Source: the human T2T-CHM13v2.0 reference genome, Homo sapiens. Taken from it: 64,000 nt of DNA. Location of the stretch: the NCBI RefSeq assembly GCF_009914755.1, contig NC_060940.1. One strand, given 5' to 3'. A model generated the notes under the pieces. That model ran no database searches and was not told where the DNA came from. It saw only the letters and a list, made by a program, of their open reading frames with translations. This document shows positions 1-12,800 of the stretch, in pieces (the stretch's first letter is position 1; each line of letters starts with the position of its first letter). The position numbers and the translations under genes are program-made.

Positions 1-739
1 CAATGATTCCATTCGAGTCCATTTGATGATTCCATTTGATTCCATTTGATTATGATTCTACTAGAGTCCATTCAATGACTCCCTTCGAATCCATTCAACA
101 ATTCCATTCAAGGCCATTCGATGATTCCATTTCATGATTCCATTCGAGTCCATTTAATCATTACAGTCGAGTCCATTTGGTGATTCCACTGGATTTCTTT
201 TGATAATGATACCATTCAATTACATTTGATGATGATCCCATTCAATTTCATTTGATGGTGATTCCATTAGAGTCCATTCGATGATTTCATTCGAGTCCCT
301 TCATTGATTCCATCCGATTTCATTGGATGATGACTCCATTCGAGTCCATTCGATGATTCCACTCGATTCCATTAGATGATTCCATTGGAGTCCATTTGAT
401 TGTTCCATTCGATTCTATTCGATTCCTTTCGAAGATTATTCCATTTGAGTCCATTCGATGATGATTCCATTCCATTCCATTCGATGATTCCGTTTGATTC
501 CATTCGATGATTCCCTTCGATTCCTTTCTTTGATGATTCCATTCCATTCCACTCAATGATTCCATTCGAATCTATTCCATGATGATTCCTTTCGATTCCA
601 TTCGCTGATGTTTCCGTTCAATTCCATTCGATGATGATTCCATTCGATTCCATTCATTGAGGATTCCATTTGATTCCATTCAATGATGATTCCATTCTAT
701 TCCATTCAATGATTGCATTCAATTCCATTCAATGATTAT

Positions 740-3700
740 CCCCTTAGAGTAAACTCAACGATTCCATTCAATACCATTCGATGATGATTCCTTTTGAGTC
801 CATTCAATGATTTCATTCAAGTCCATTTGACGATTCCTTTCAATTCCCTTCTATGATGATTCACTTCTCGTCCATTGGATGATTCCATTTCATTCCATTC
901 GATGATGATTCCATTCGATTCCATTCGATGATTCCGTTCGATTGCATTCGATGATTCCATTATATTCCAGTCAACGATGATTCCATTCGAGTCCATTCGA
1001 TGATTCCTTTAGAGTACATTTAATGATTGCTTTGTTTTCAATTCGAAGATGATTACATTGGATTCCATTCTATGATACCATTCGATTCCATTCAATGATG
1101 ATTCCACTCAAATCCATTGGATGATTCCATTCGTGTCCATTCGGTGATTTCATTAGATTCCATTCGAGGATGATTCCATTCGATTCCATTCGATGATTCC
1201 ATTCAATTCCATTCGATGATGATTCCATTCCAGTCCATATGATCATTCCATTTGATTTCATTCGATGATGATTCCATTCGATTCCATTCGATGATTCCAT
1301 TCTATTCCATTCGATGATGATTCCATTCGAGTCCATTCGATGATTCCATTCGAGTCCATTTAATGATTCCATTGGGTTCAATTCAATGATGATTACATTG
1401 GATTCCGTTCTATGATTCCATTCAATTCCGTTCATTGACAATTTGATTCCATTCGATGATGATTCCATTTGAGTTCATTCGATGATTCTATTCGATTCTC
1501 TTCGATGGTGATTCAATTCTATTATATTGGATGATTCCATTCGATTCCATTTGATGTTGATTCAATTCGATTCTATTCGATGATGATTCCATTGGATTTC
1601 ACTTGATGATTCTATTCGATTCCATTCAATGATGATTCACTTCTCGTCCATTGGATGATTCCATTTCATTCCATTCGATGATGATTCCATTCGATTCCAT
1701 TCGATGATTCCATTTGATTCCATGCGTCGGTGAGCAATTCGATTCAATTCCATGATGATTCTATTTGATTCAATTAGATGATGTTTCCATTCGAATCCAT
1801 TCCATGATTATTCCATTGGAATCCATTCGGCGATGATTCCATATGAGTCAATTCAATGATGATTCCATATGGGTCCGTTCGATGATAATTCCATTTGATT
1901 TCATTCGGTGCTTCTATTCAATTCCAGTCGATGATGATTCCGTTGGAGTCCATACGATGATTCCATTTGATTTCATTTGATGATGATTCCATTCGATGAT
2001 GATTACATTGGATTCCATTCTATGATTCCATTCAATTCCATTCGTTGATGATTCGATTCCATTCAATGATGATTCCATTTGAGTTCATTCGATGATTCTA
2101 TTCGATTCCGTTCGATGGTGATTCAATTCTCTTATATTGGATGAATCCACTCGATTCCATTTGATGATTATTCCATTGGAGTCCACTTAGTGAATCCTTC
2201 AGATTCTACTCGAAGATGATTCCATTCAAGTCCATTCGATGATACCATTCAATTCCATTCGTTGATGCTTCCATTCAAGTGCATTCGATGATATCATTCG
2301 ATTCCATTTGATGATAATTCCATTTGATTCCATGCGATGATTCTATTCGATTCCATTCAATGATAATTCCATTCAGTTCAGTGATTCCTCTGGACTCCAT
2401 TTGATGATGATTCCATTCAATGATTCCATTCGATTCTATTCGAAAATGATTCCATTTGAATCCATTTGATGATGATTCCATTAGATTCCATTTGGTGATT
2501 CCATTCGATTCCATGCGACGATGATTCCATTCGATTCCATGTGATGATTCCATTCTATTCTATTCGATGATGATTCCATTCGATTCCATTCGATGATGAT
2601 TGGATTCGATTCCATTTGATTATTTCATTTGATTCCATTCGTTAATGATTTCGATCAACTCCATTCGATGATTCCATTCGATTCCATTCGATAATGATTA
2701 CATCCGTGTCCATTCAGTGATTCCATTTGAGCCCGTTCAATAATTCCATTTGAGTCCAACCAATGATTCCATTCATTTCCATTCAATGATTCCATTCGAG
2801 TCCATTTGATCATTCCGGTAGGGTCCATTCGATGTTGATTCCATTGGAGTGCATTCGATGATTCCATTCGAGTCTATTTTGTGATTTGATTCGAGTCCTT
2901 TCGATGATTCCATTCGATTCCACTCGATGATGATTTCATTCGAGTCCATTCGACACTTCCAATCGATTCCATTTGATGTTTCCATTCGAGTCCAATTGAT
3001 GATTCCATTCAATTCCATTCGATGATGATTCCGTACGATTCCATTCTGTGATGATTCCATGTGATTGCATTCAATGATGATTCCTTTAGATTGCATTCGA
3101 TTGTGATTCATTTCGTCTTCATTCTATGGTTCCACAGGTTTCCATTCATGTCCATTCCATTATTCCATTCTATTCCATTTGATGATGATTCCATTCGATT
3201 CCATTCATTGGTGATTCCACTCAATTCCATTCAATGATTCCATTCCATTTCTTTCAACAATGATTCCATTAGTTTCTAATCGATGATCCACTTGATTCCA
3301 TTTGACGACGATTCCATTCTTGTCCATTCGATGATTCCATTTGATTCCATATGATGATGATTCCATTCGATTCCATACCATGATGATTCCATTCGAGTCC
3401 ATTCAATGGTGATTCCATTCAATTCCATTCGATGATTCCTTTCGATTCCATTCGATGATGATGGCATTCGATTCCTTTCAATCATTCCCTTTGATTCCAT
3501 TCAAAGGTGATTTCATTCAAGTCCATTCGATAATTGCATTCGATTCCATTCTATGATGATTCCATTCGAGTCCATTTGATGATTCCATTCAATTCAAGTC
3601 AATGATGATTCCATTCGATTCCATTCGATGATTCCATTGGATTCCATTCGATGATGATTCCATTCAAATCCATTCGATAATTCAATTCAAGTCCATTCGA

Positions 3701-6700
3701 TGATGATTAAAATCGAATCCATTCAAAGATTCCATTCAGTTCCATTCGATGATTCCCTTAGATTCTATTCGATGATTCCACTTGATTCCATTTACGATGA
3801 TTCCATTCGATTCCATGTGATGATTCCATTCAATTCTATTCAATGCTGTTTCCATTTGATTCCATTCGACCATGATTGCCTTTGATTCCATTCAATGACT
3901 CCATTCGGTTCCCTTTGATGATGATTCCGTTCGATTCCATTTCATTATTCCATTTGATTCCATTGGATGAGTCCATTCGATTACATTCGATGATTATTCC
4001 ATTCGAGTGCATTAGATGATTCCATTCGAGTCCATTCGATGATTCCATTCGATGTTGATTCTGTTCAAATCCATTCGATGATTCCACTCGATTCCATTCG
4101 ATGACTCCAGTTGATCCCATTCGATGATTTCCTTTGATTCCCTTTGATGATCATTCCATTTGATTCAATTCGGTGATTTCATTTGATTCCATTCAGTGAT
4201 GTTTCCATTCGACTCCATTCGATGATGATTCCATTCGACTCCATTCGATTATGATTTCATTCAATTCCATTCGATAATGATTCCCTTCGAGTCCATTCGA
4301 TGATTCCATTCGATTCCATTCAACGATGATTTGATTCGTGTCCATTCGATGATTCCATTTGATTCCACTTGATGATGATTCCATTCGAGTCCATTTGATG
4401 ATTCCATTCAATTCCATTCTCCGATGATTTCTTTTGAGGCCATTCAATTCTTCCACTCGATTCCATATGATGATGACTCCATTCGATGAAATTCGATGAT
4501 GATTCCATTCGCTTGCATTCGATGATGATTCCACTTGAGTCCATTAGAAGATTCTATTCAATTACATTCCATGACGATTCCGTTCGAGTCCATTTGATGA
4601 TTCCATTAGACTCCATTCGACGATGATTCCATTCGATGTTATTCGATGATTCCATTCGATCTCATTCGATGATGATTCCATTCAACTCCATTCGATGTTT
4701 CCATTCGAGTTCATTCTATTATTCCATTAGATTCCATTCGATGATGATTCCATTCGATTCCATTTGATGATTGCATTCTATTTCATTTGATGATGATTCC
4801 ATTCGAGTCCACTCGATGATTCCATTCGAGTCCATTTAATGAATCCATTGGTTTCAATTCTATGATGATTACATTGGATTACATTCGTTGATGATTTCAT
4901 TCGGATCCATTCAATGATGATTCCATTCAATTCCTTTCAATGTTTCCATTCAATTCCATACGATGATGATTCCATTTGATTTGATTCGACAGTGAGCCAT
5001 TCGATTCAATTCCATGATGATTCTATTTGATTCAATTGGTTGACATTTACATTCGATTCCATTCGATGATGATTCCCTTTGATTCCGTTCAAAGATGATT
5101 CCATTCTAGCCCATTCAATCATTCCATTCGATTCTATTCAATGATGATTCCATTCATGTCGATTTGGTGATTCCATTTGACTTCATTTGATGATGATTCC
5201 TTTCAAGTTCATTAGATGATTCCATTCGATTCCATTTGATGATGATCCCATTCGAGTCCATTCAGTGATTCCACTCGTTTCCATTCCATGATGATTCCAT
5301 TCCATTCCATTCAATGATTCCATTCGATTCCGTTTGATGATGATTTCATTCGAGTCCATTTGATGATTCCATTTGATTCCATTCGATGATGATTCCATTC
5401 GAGTCCATTCGATGATTCTATTCGAATCCATTTGATGATTTCTTTTGATTATAGTTGGTGATGATTCCATTGGAGTCCATTCAATGATTCCATTTGATTC
5501 CAATCGATGGTGATTCCATTAGAGTCCATTTAATGATTCCATTTGATTCCAGTCTCTGATGATTACATTCGAGTCCATACGATGATTCCACTGAATTCCA
5601 TATGATGATGATTCCATTCGATTCCATTCGATGATTCCATTCTATTCTATTCAATGGTGATTCCATTCGAGTACATTAGATGATTCCATTCGATTCCATT
5701 CAATGATGATTCTATTTGTGTCCCTTAGATGATTCCACATGATTCCATTAGATGATGATACTATTTGAGCCCATCCAATGATTCCCTTCGATTCCATTCG
5801 ATGAGGATTCCATTCGATTCAATTCATTGGTGATTCTATTCAATTCAATTCTTTGATTCCATTCCATTCCATTCGACAATGATTCCATTCGATTTCTTTC
5901 GATGATTCCACTCGATTCCACTTGACATTGATTCCATTCGATTCCATTCAATGATTCCATTTGATTCCAGTGGATGATGATTGCCATCGATTCCATTCGA
6001 TCACTCCATTCTATTCCATTTGATGATGATTACATTCGATTCCATTTGACGACTCCATCTGATTCTATTCGAGGATTCCATTTGATTCCATTCGATGATG
6101 ATTCCATTCGAGTCCATTCGATGATTTCATTCGAGTACATCCAATGATTCCATTCGAGTCCATTTGATGATTCCATTTGATTCCATTTGATAATGATTCT
6201 ACTAGAGTCCATTCAATGACTCCATTCGTGTCCATTCAACAATTCCATTCGACTCCATTTGATGATTCCATTCGATTCCATTTGATGGTTCCATTCGAGT
6301 CCATTTAATCATTACAGTCGAGTCCATTTGGTGATTCCACCGGATTTCTTTTGATAATGATACCATACAATTAAATTTGATGATGATCCCATTCAATTTC
6401 ATTTGATGATGATTCCATTAGAGTCCATTCGATGATTTCATTCGAGTCCCTTCACTGATTCCATCCGATTTCATTGGATGATGACTCCATTCGAGTCCAT
6501 TCGATGATTCCACTCGATTCCATTAGATGATTCCATTGGAGTCCATTTGATTGTTCCATTCGATTCCATTCGATTCCTTTCGAAGATTATTCCATTTGAG
6601 TCCATTCGATGATGATTCCATTCCATTCCATTCGATGATTCCGTTTGATTCCATTCAATGATTCCCTTCGATTCCTCTCTTTGATGATTCCATTCCATTC

Positions 6701-6890
6701 CATTCAATGATTCCATTCGAATCTATTCCATGATGATTCCTTTCGATTCCATTCGCTGATGTTTCCGTTCAATTCCATTCGATGATGATTCCATTCGATT
6801 CCATTCATTGAGGATTCCATTTGATTCCATTAAATGATGATTCCGTTCTATTCCATTCAATGATTGCATTCAATTCCATTCAATGATTAT
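740..6890 (+). repeat. Higher-order unit copy, 6,151 bp (6,112 +49 -10)
   Basis: Phase is set arbitrarily by landmark CCCCTTAGAGTAAACTCAACG at 740 and 6891. A +49 event lies at ~861 and a -10 event at ~4045. Confidence 0.9.
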
Positions 6891-9800
6891 CCCCTTAGAG
6901 TAAACTCAACGATTCCATTCAATACCATTCGATGATGATTCCTTTTGAGTCCATTCAATGATTTCATTCAAGTCCATTTGATGATTCCTTTCAATTCCAT
7001 TCTATGATGATTCCATTCGAGTCCATTTGATGATTCCATTTGATTGCATTCGATTATTCCATTACATTCCAGTCAACGATGATTCCATTCGAGTCCATTC
7101 GATGATTCCATTAGAGTACATTTAATGATTGATTTGTTTTCAATTCGAAGATGATTACATTGGATTCCATTCTATGATACCATTCGATTCCATTCAATGA
7201 TGATTCCACTCAAATCCATTGGATGATTCCATTCGTGTCCATTCGGTGATTTCATTAGATTCCATTCGAGGATGATTCCATTCGATTCCATTCGATGATT
7301 CCATTCAATTCCATTCGATGATGATTCCATTCCAGTCCATATGATCATTCCATTTGATTTCATTCGATGATGATTCCATTCGATTCCATTCGATGATTCC
7401 ATTCTATTCCATTCGATGATGATTCCATTCGAGTCCATTCGATGATTGCATTCGAGTCCATTTAATGATTCCATTGGGTTCAATTCAATGATGATTACAT
7501 TGGATTCCGTTCTATGATTCCATTCAATTCCGTTCATTGACAATTTGATTCCATTCGATGATGATTCCATTTGAGTTCATTCGATGATTCTATTCGATTC
7601 TCTTCGATGGTGATTCAATTCTATTATATTGGATGATTCCATTCGATTCCATTTGATGTTGATTCAATTCGATTCTATTCGATGATGATTCCATTGGATT
7701 TCACTTGATGATTCTATTCGATTCCATTCAATGATGATTCACTTCTCGTCCATTGGATGATTCCATTTCATTCCATTCGATGATGATTCCATTCGATTCC
7801 ATTCGATGATTCCATTTGATTCCATGCGACGGTGAGCAATTCGATTCAATTCCATGATGATTGTATTTGATTCAATTAGATGATGTTTCCATTCGAATCC
7901 ATTCCATGATTATTCCATTGGAATCCATTCGGCGATGATTAAATATGAGTCAATTCAATGATGATTCCATATGGGTACGTTCGATGATAATTCCATTTGA
8001 TTTCATTCGATGCTTCTATTCAATTCCAGTTGATGATGATTCCGTTGGAGTCCATACGATGATTCCATTTGATTTCATTTGATGATGATTCCATTCGATG
8101 ATGATTACATTGGATTCCATTCTATGATTCCATTCAATTCCATTCGTTGATGATTCGATTCCATTAAATGATGATTCCATTTGAGTTCATTCGATGATTC
8201 TATTCGATTCCGTTCGATGGTGATTCAATTCTCTTATATTGGATGATTCCACTCGATTCCATTTGATGATTATTCCATTGGAGTCCACTTAGTGAATCCT
8301 TTAGATTCTACTCGAAGATGATTCCATTCGAGTCCATTCAATGATACCATTCAATTTCATTCGTTGATGCTTCCATTCAAGTGCATTCGATGATATCATT
8401 CGATTCCATTTGGTGATAATTCCATTTGATTCCATGCGATGATTCTATTCGATTCCATTCAATGATAATTCCATTCAATTCAGTGATTCCTCTGGACTCC
8501 ATTTGATGATGATTCCATTCAATGATTCCATTCGATTCTATTCCAAAATGATTCCATTTGAATCCATTTGATGATGATTCCATTAGATTCCATTTGATGA
8601 TTCCATTCGATTCCATTTGACGATGATTCCATTCGATTCCATTTGATGATTCCATTCTATTCTATTCGATGATGATTCCATTCGATTCCATTTGATGATG
8701 ATTGGATTCGATTCCATTTGATGATTTCATTTGATTCCATTCGTTAATGATTTCGATCAACTCCATTCGATGATTCCATTTGATTCCATTCGATAATGAT
8801 TACATCCGAGTCCTTTCGATGATTCCATTTGAGCCTGTTCGATAATTCCATTTGAGTCCAATCAATGATTCCATTCATTTCCATTCAATGATTCCATTCG
8901 AGTCCATTTGATCATTCTGGTAGGGTCCGTTCGATGTTGATTCCATTGGAGTGCATTCGATGATTCCATTCGAGTCCATTTTATGATTTGATTCGAGTCC
9001 TTTCGATGATTCCATTCGATTCCACTCGATGATGATTTCATTCGAGTCCATTCGACACTTCCAATCGATTCCATTTGATGTTTCCATTCGAGTCCAATTG
9101 ATGATTCCATTCAATTCCATTCGATGATGATTCCGTACGATTCCATTCTGTGATGATTCCATGTGATTGCATTCAATGATGATTCCTTTCGATTGCATTC
9201 GATTATGATTCATTTCGTGTTCATTCTATGGTTCCACAGGTTTCCATTCGATGACGTTTCCGTTCGTGTCCATTCCATTATTCCATTCTATTTCATTTGA
9301 TGATGATTCCATTCGATTCCATTCATTGGTGATTCCACTCAATTCCATTCAATGATTCCATTCCATTTCTTTCAACAATGATTCCATTAGTTTCTATTCG
9401 ATGATCCACTTGATTCCATTTGGCGATGATTCCATTCGTGTCCATTCGATGATTCCATTTGATTCCATATGATGATGATCCCATTCGATTCCATACCATG
9501 ATGATTCCATTCGAGTCCATTCAATGGTGATTCCATTCAATTCCATTCGATGATTCCTTCCGATTCCATTCGATGATGATGGCATTCGATTCCTTTCAAT
9601 CATTCCCTTTGATTCCATTCAAAGGTGATTTCATTCAAGTCCATTCGATAATTTCATTTGATTCCATTCTATGATGATTCCATTCGAGTCCATTTGATGA
9701 TTCCATTCAATTCAAGTCAATGATGATTCCATTCGATTCCACTCGATGATTCCATTGGATTCCATTCGATGATGATTCCATTCAAATCCATTCGATAATT

Positions 9801-12800
9801 CAATTAAAGTCCATTCGATGATGATTCTAATCGAATCCATTCAAAGATTCCATTCAATTCCATTCGATGATGATTCCCTTAGATTCCATTCGATGATTCC
9901 ACTTGATTCCATTTACGATGATTCCATTCGATTCCATGTGATGAATCCATTCAATTCTATTCAATGATGTTTCCATTTGATTCCATTGGACCATGATTGC
10001 CTTTGATTCCATTCAATGATTCCATTCGGTTCCATTTGATGATGATTCCGTTCGATTCCATTTCATTATTCCATTTGATTCCATTGGATGAGTCCATTCG
10101 ATTACATTCGATGATTATTCCATTCGAGTGCATTAGATGATTGCATTCGAGTCCATTCGATGATTCCATTCGATTCCATTCGATGTTGATTCTGTTCAAA
10201 TCCATTCGATGATTCCACTCGATTCCATTAGATGACTCCATTTGATCACATTCGATGATTTCCTGTGATTCCCTTTGATGATCATTCTATTTGATTCAAT
10301 TCGGTGATTTCATTTCATTGCATTCAGTGATGTTTCCATTCGACTGTATTCGATGATGATTCCATTCGACTCCATTCGATTATGATTTCATTCAATTCCA
10401 TTCAATAATGATTCCCTTCGAGTCCATTCGATGATTCCATTCGATTCCATTCAACGATGATTTGATTCGTTTCCATTCGATGATTCCATTTGATTCCACT
10501 TGATGATGATTCCATTCGAGTCTATTTATGTATTATATTCGTGTCCACTTCATGATTCCATTCAATTCCATTTAATGTTGATTCCATTTGATTCCATTTG
10601 ATGATTCAGTTCGATTCCTTGCAATGATTCCCTACGATTCCTTTCTATGATGATTCCATTCGATTCCATTCATTGATGATTTCATTCGACTCCATTCGAT
10701 GATGATTCCTTTCGATTCCATTTGACGATGTTTCCATTCGAGTCCATTCGATGATGATTCTATTCAATTCTGTTCTATTATGATTCCATTCGATTTCATT
10801 CAATGCTTCTATTTGATTCCATTCGATGATGATTCCATCTCTTTCCCTTCGATGATTCCATTTGATTCCATTCAGTGATGATTCCATTTGATTCCATCTG
10901 ATGATGATTTCACTTTATTCCTTTCAATGATGATTCAATTCAAGTCCATTCGATGATTCCATTGGAGTCCAAACGATCATTCCGTTCGATTCCATTCAAT
11001 GGTGATTCCATTCATGTCCATTCGATGAATCCATTCAATTCCATTCGATGATGACTCCATTCGAGTACATTCGATGATTCCATTTGATTCCATTTGAAGA
11101 TGATTCCATTCAATTCCATTCGAAGACGATTCCATTCAATTCCATTCGATGATGATTCCGTATGAATCCATTCTCTGATTATTCCATTCGATTCCATTCA
11201 TTGACGATTCCATTCAATTCCATTCAATGATGATTCTCTTCTATTCCATTCGATGATTCCGGTCGATTCCATTCGATGATGATTCCATTAGATTCCATTC
11301 GATTGTTGCATTCGATTCCCTTCGATGATGATTCCTTTGAATTCCATTCGATTATCATTCCGTATGAATCCATTTGATGATTATTCCATTGGATTCCTTT
11401 CGATGATGATTCCATTCGATTCCATTTGATGATGTTTCTCTTGTATTCCATTGTATAATTCCTTTCAGTTCCCTTCGATGATTATTCTTTCGAGTCAATT
11501 CGATGATTCTATTCCATTCCCTTCGATGATGATTCCATTTCACTCCATTTGATGATTCCATTCGACTCAATTTGGTGATGATTCAATTCGATGACATTCG
11601 ATGACTCCATTCAATTTCATTTGATGATGATTGCATTCGAGTCCATTTGATGATTGTATTCCTTTCCTTTTGATGATTATTCCATTCGTGTCTATTCAAA
11701 GATTCCATTCTATTCCATTCAATGATGATTGCATTTGATTCCATTCAATGATTATGGCTATCGATTCCACTCGTTGATTCCATTTGATTCCGTTCGAGGA
11801 TTATTCCGTTAGATTCCATTAGAAGATTCCATTCGATTTTATTGAATGATTCCAATGGATTCCATTCAATGATGATTCCATTCGACTCCATTCAGTGATT
11901 CCATTCGAGTCCATTTGATGATTCCATTTTTTTCCATTTGATGATGATTCCATTAGGGTCCATTCAATGATTCCATTCGAGTCCATTCGTTAACGCCTTT
12001 CGAGTCCTTTTGATCACTACATTCGAGTCCATTCAATGATTCTATTCGATTCCATTCGATGATGATTCCATTCGAGTTCATTCGATGATTGCATTCGAGT
12101 CCATTTGATGATTCCAAATGATTCCATTCGACAATGATTCCATTCGTGTCCATTTGATGATTCCATTCATTTCCTATCGATGAAGATTCCGTTCAAGTGT
12201 ATTCGATGATTCCATTCAAATCCATTCGATGATGATTCCATTCCAGTCCATTCGATCATTCCACTTGATTCCATTTGATGACTATTCCATTCAAATCCAT
12301 TTGATGATTCCATTCGATTCCATTCGATGTTACCATTCGAGTATATACGATGATTCCACTCGATTCCATTTGATGATTATTCCATTGGAGTCCACTTAGT
12401 GAATCCTTTAGATTCTACTCGAAGATGATTCCATTCGAGTCCATTCGATGATACCATTCAATTCCATTCGTTGATGCTTCCATTCAAGTGCATTCGATGA
12501 TATCATTCGATTCCATTTGATGATAATTCCATTTGATTCCATGCGATGATTCTATTCGATTCCATTCAATGATAATTCCATTCAATTCAGTGATTCCTCT
12601 GGACTCCATTTGATGATGATTCCATTCAATGATTCCATTCGATTCTATTCGAAAATGATTCCATTTGAATCCATTTGATGATGATTCCATTGGATTCCAT
12701 TTGATGATTCCATTCGATTCCATTCGATGATGATTCCATTCGATTCCATTTGATGATTCCATTCTATTGCATTCGATGATGATTCCATTCGATTCCATTC

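Noticed and set aside
1862-1875. snoRNA C-box-like ATGATGA words and short palindromes (CCATATGG, TCGA, GAATTC) as ncRNA or hairpin signals
   Set aside because: ATGATGA and TCGA are constitutive monomer words present throughout. The short palindromes are expected by chance and have no supporting structure.
3700-3885. Recurrent plus-strand 61-aa ORF (MMIKIESIQRF...) in six units
   Set aside because: Conservation simply mirrors near-identity of the repeat copies, and the length is at chance level.
10521-12348. Module B as a mobile-element insertion with a long target duplication
   Set aside because: B is itself HSat2 sequence with no terminal repeats, poly(A) tail or coding capacity. The flanking 2.25 kb repeat is better explained by recombination among tandem units.
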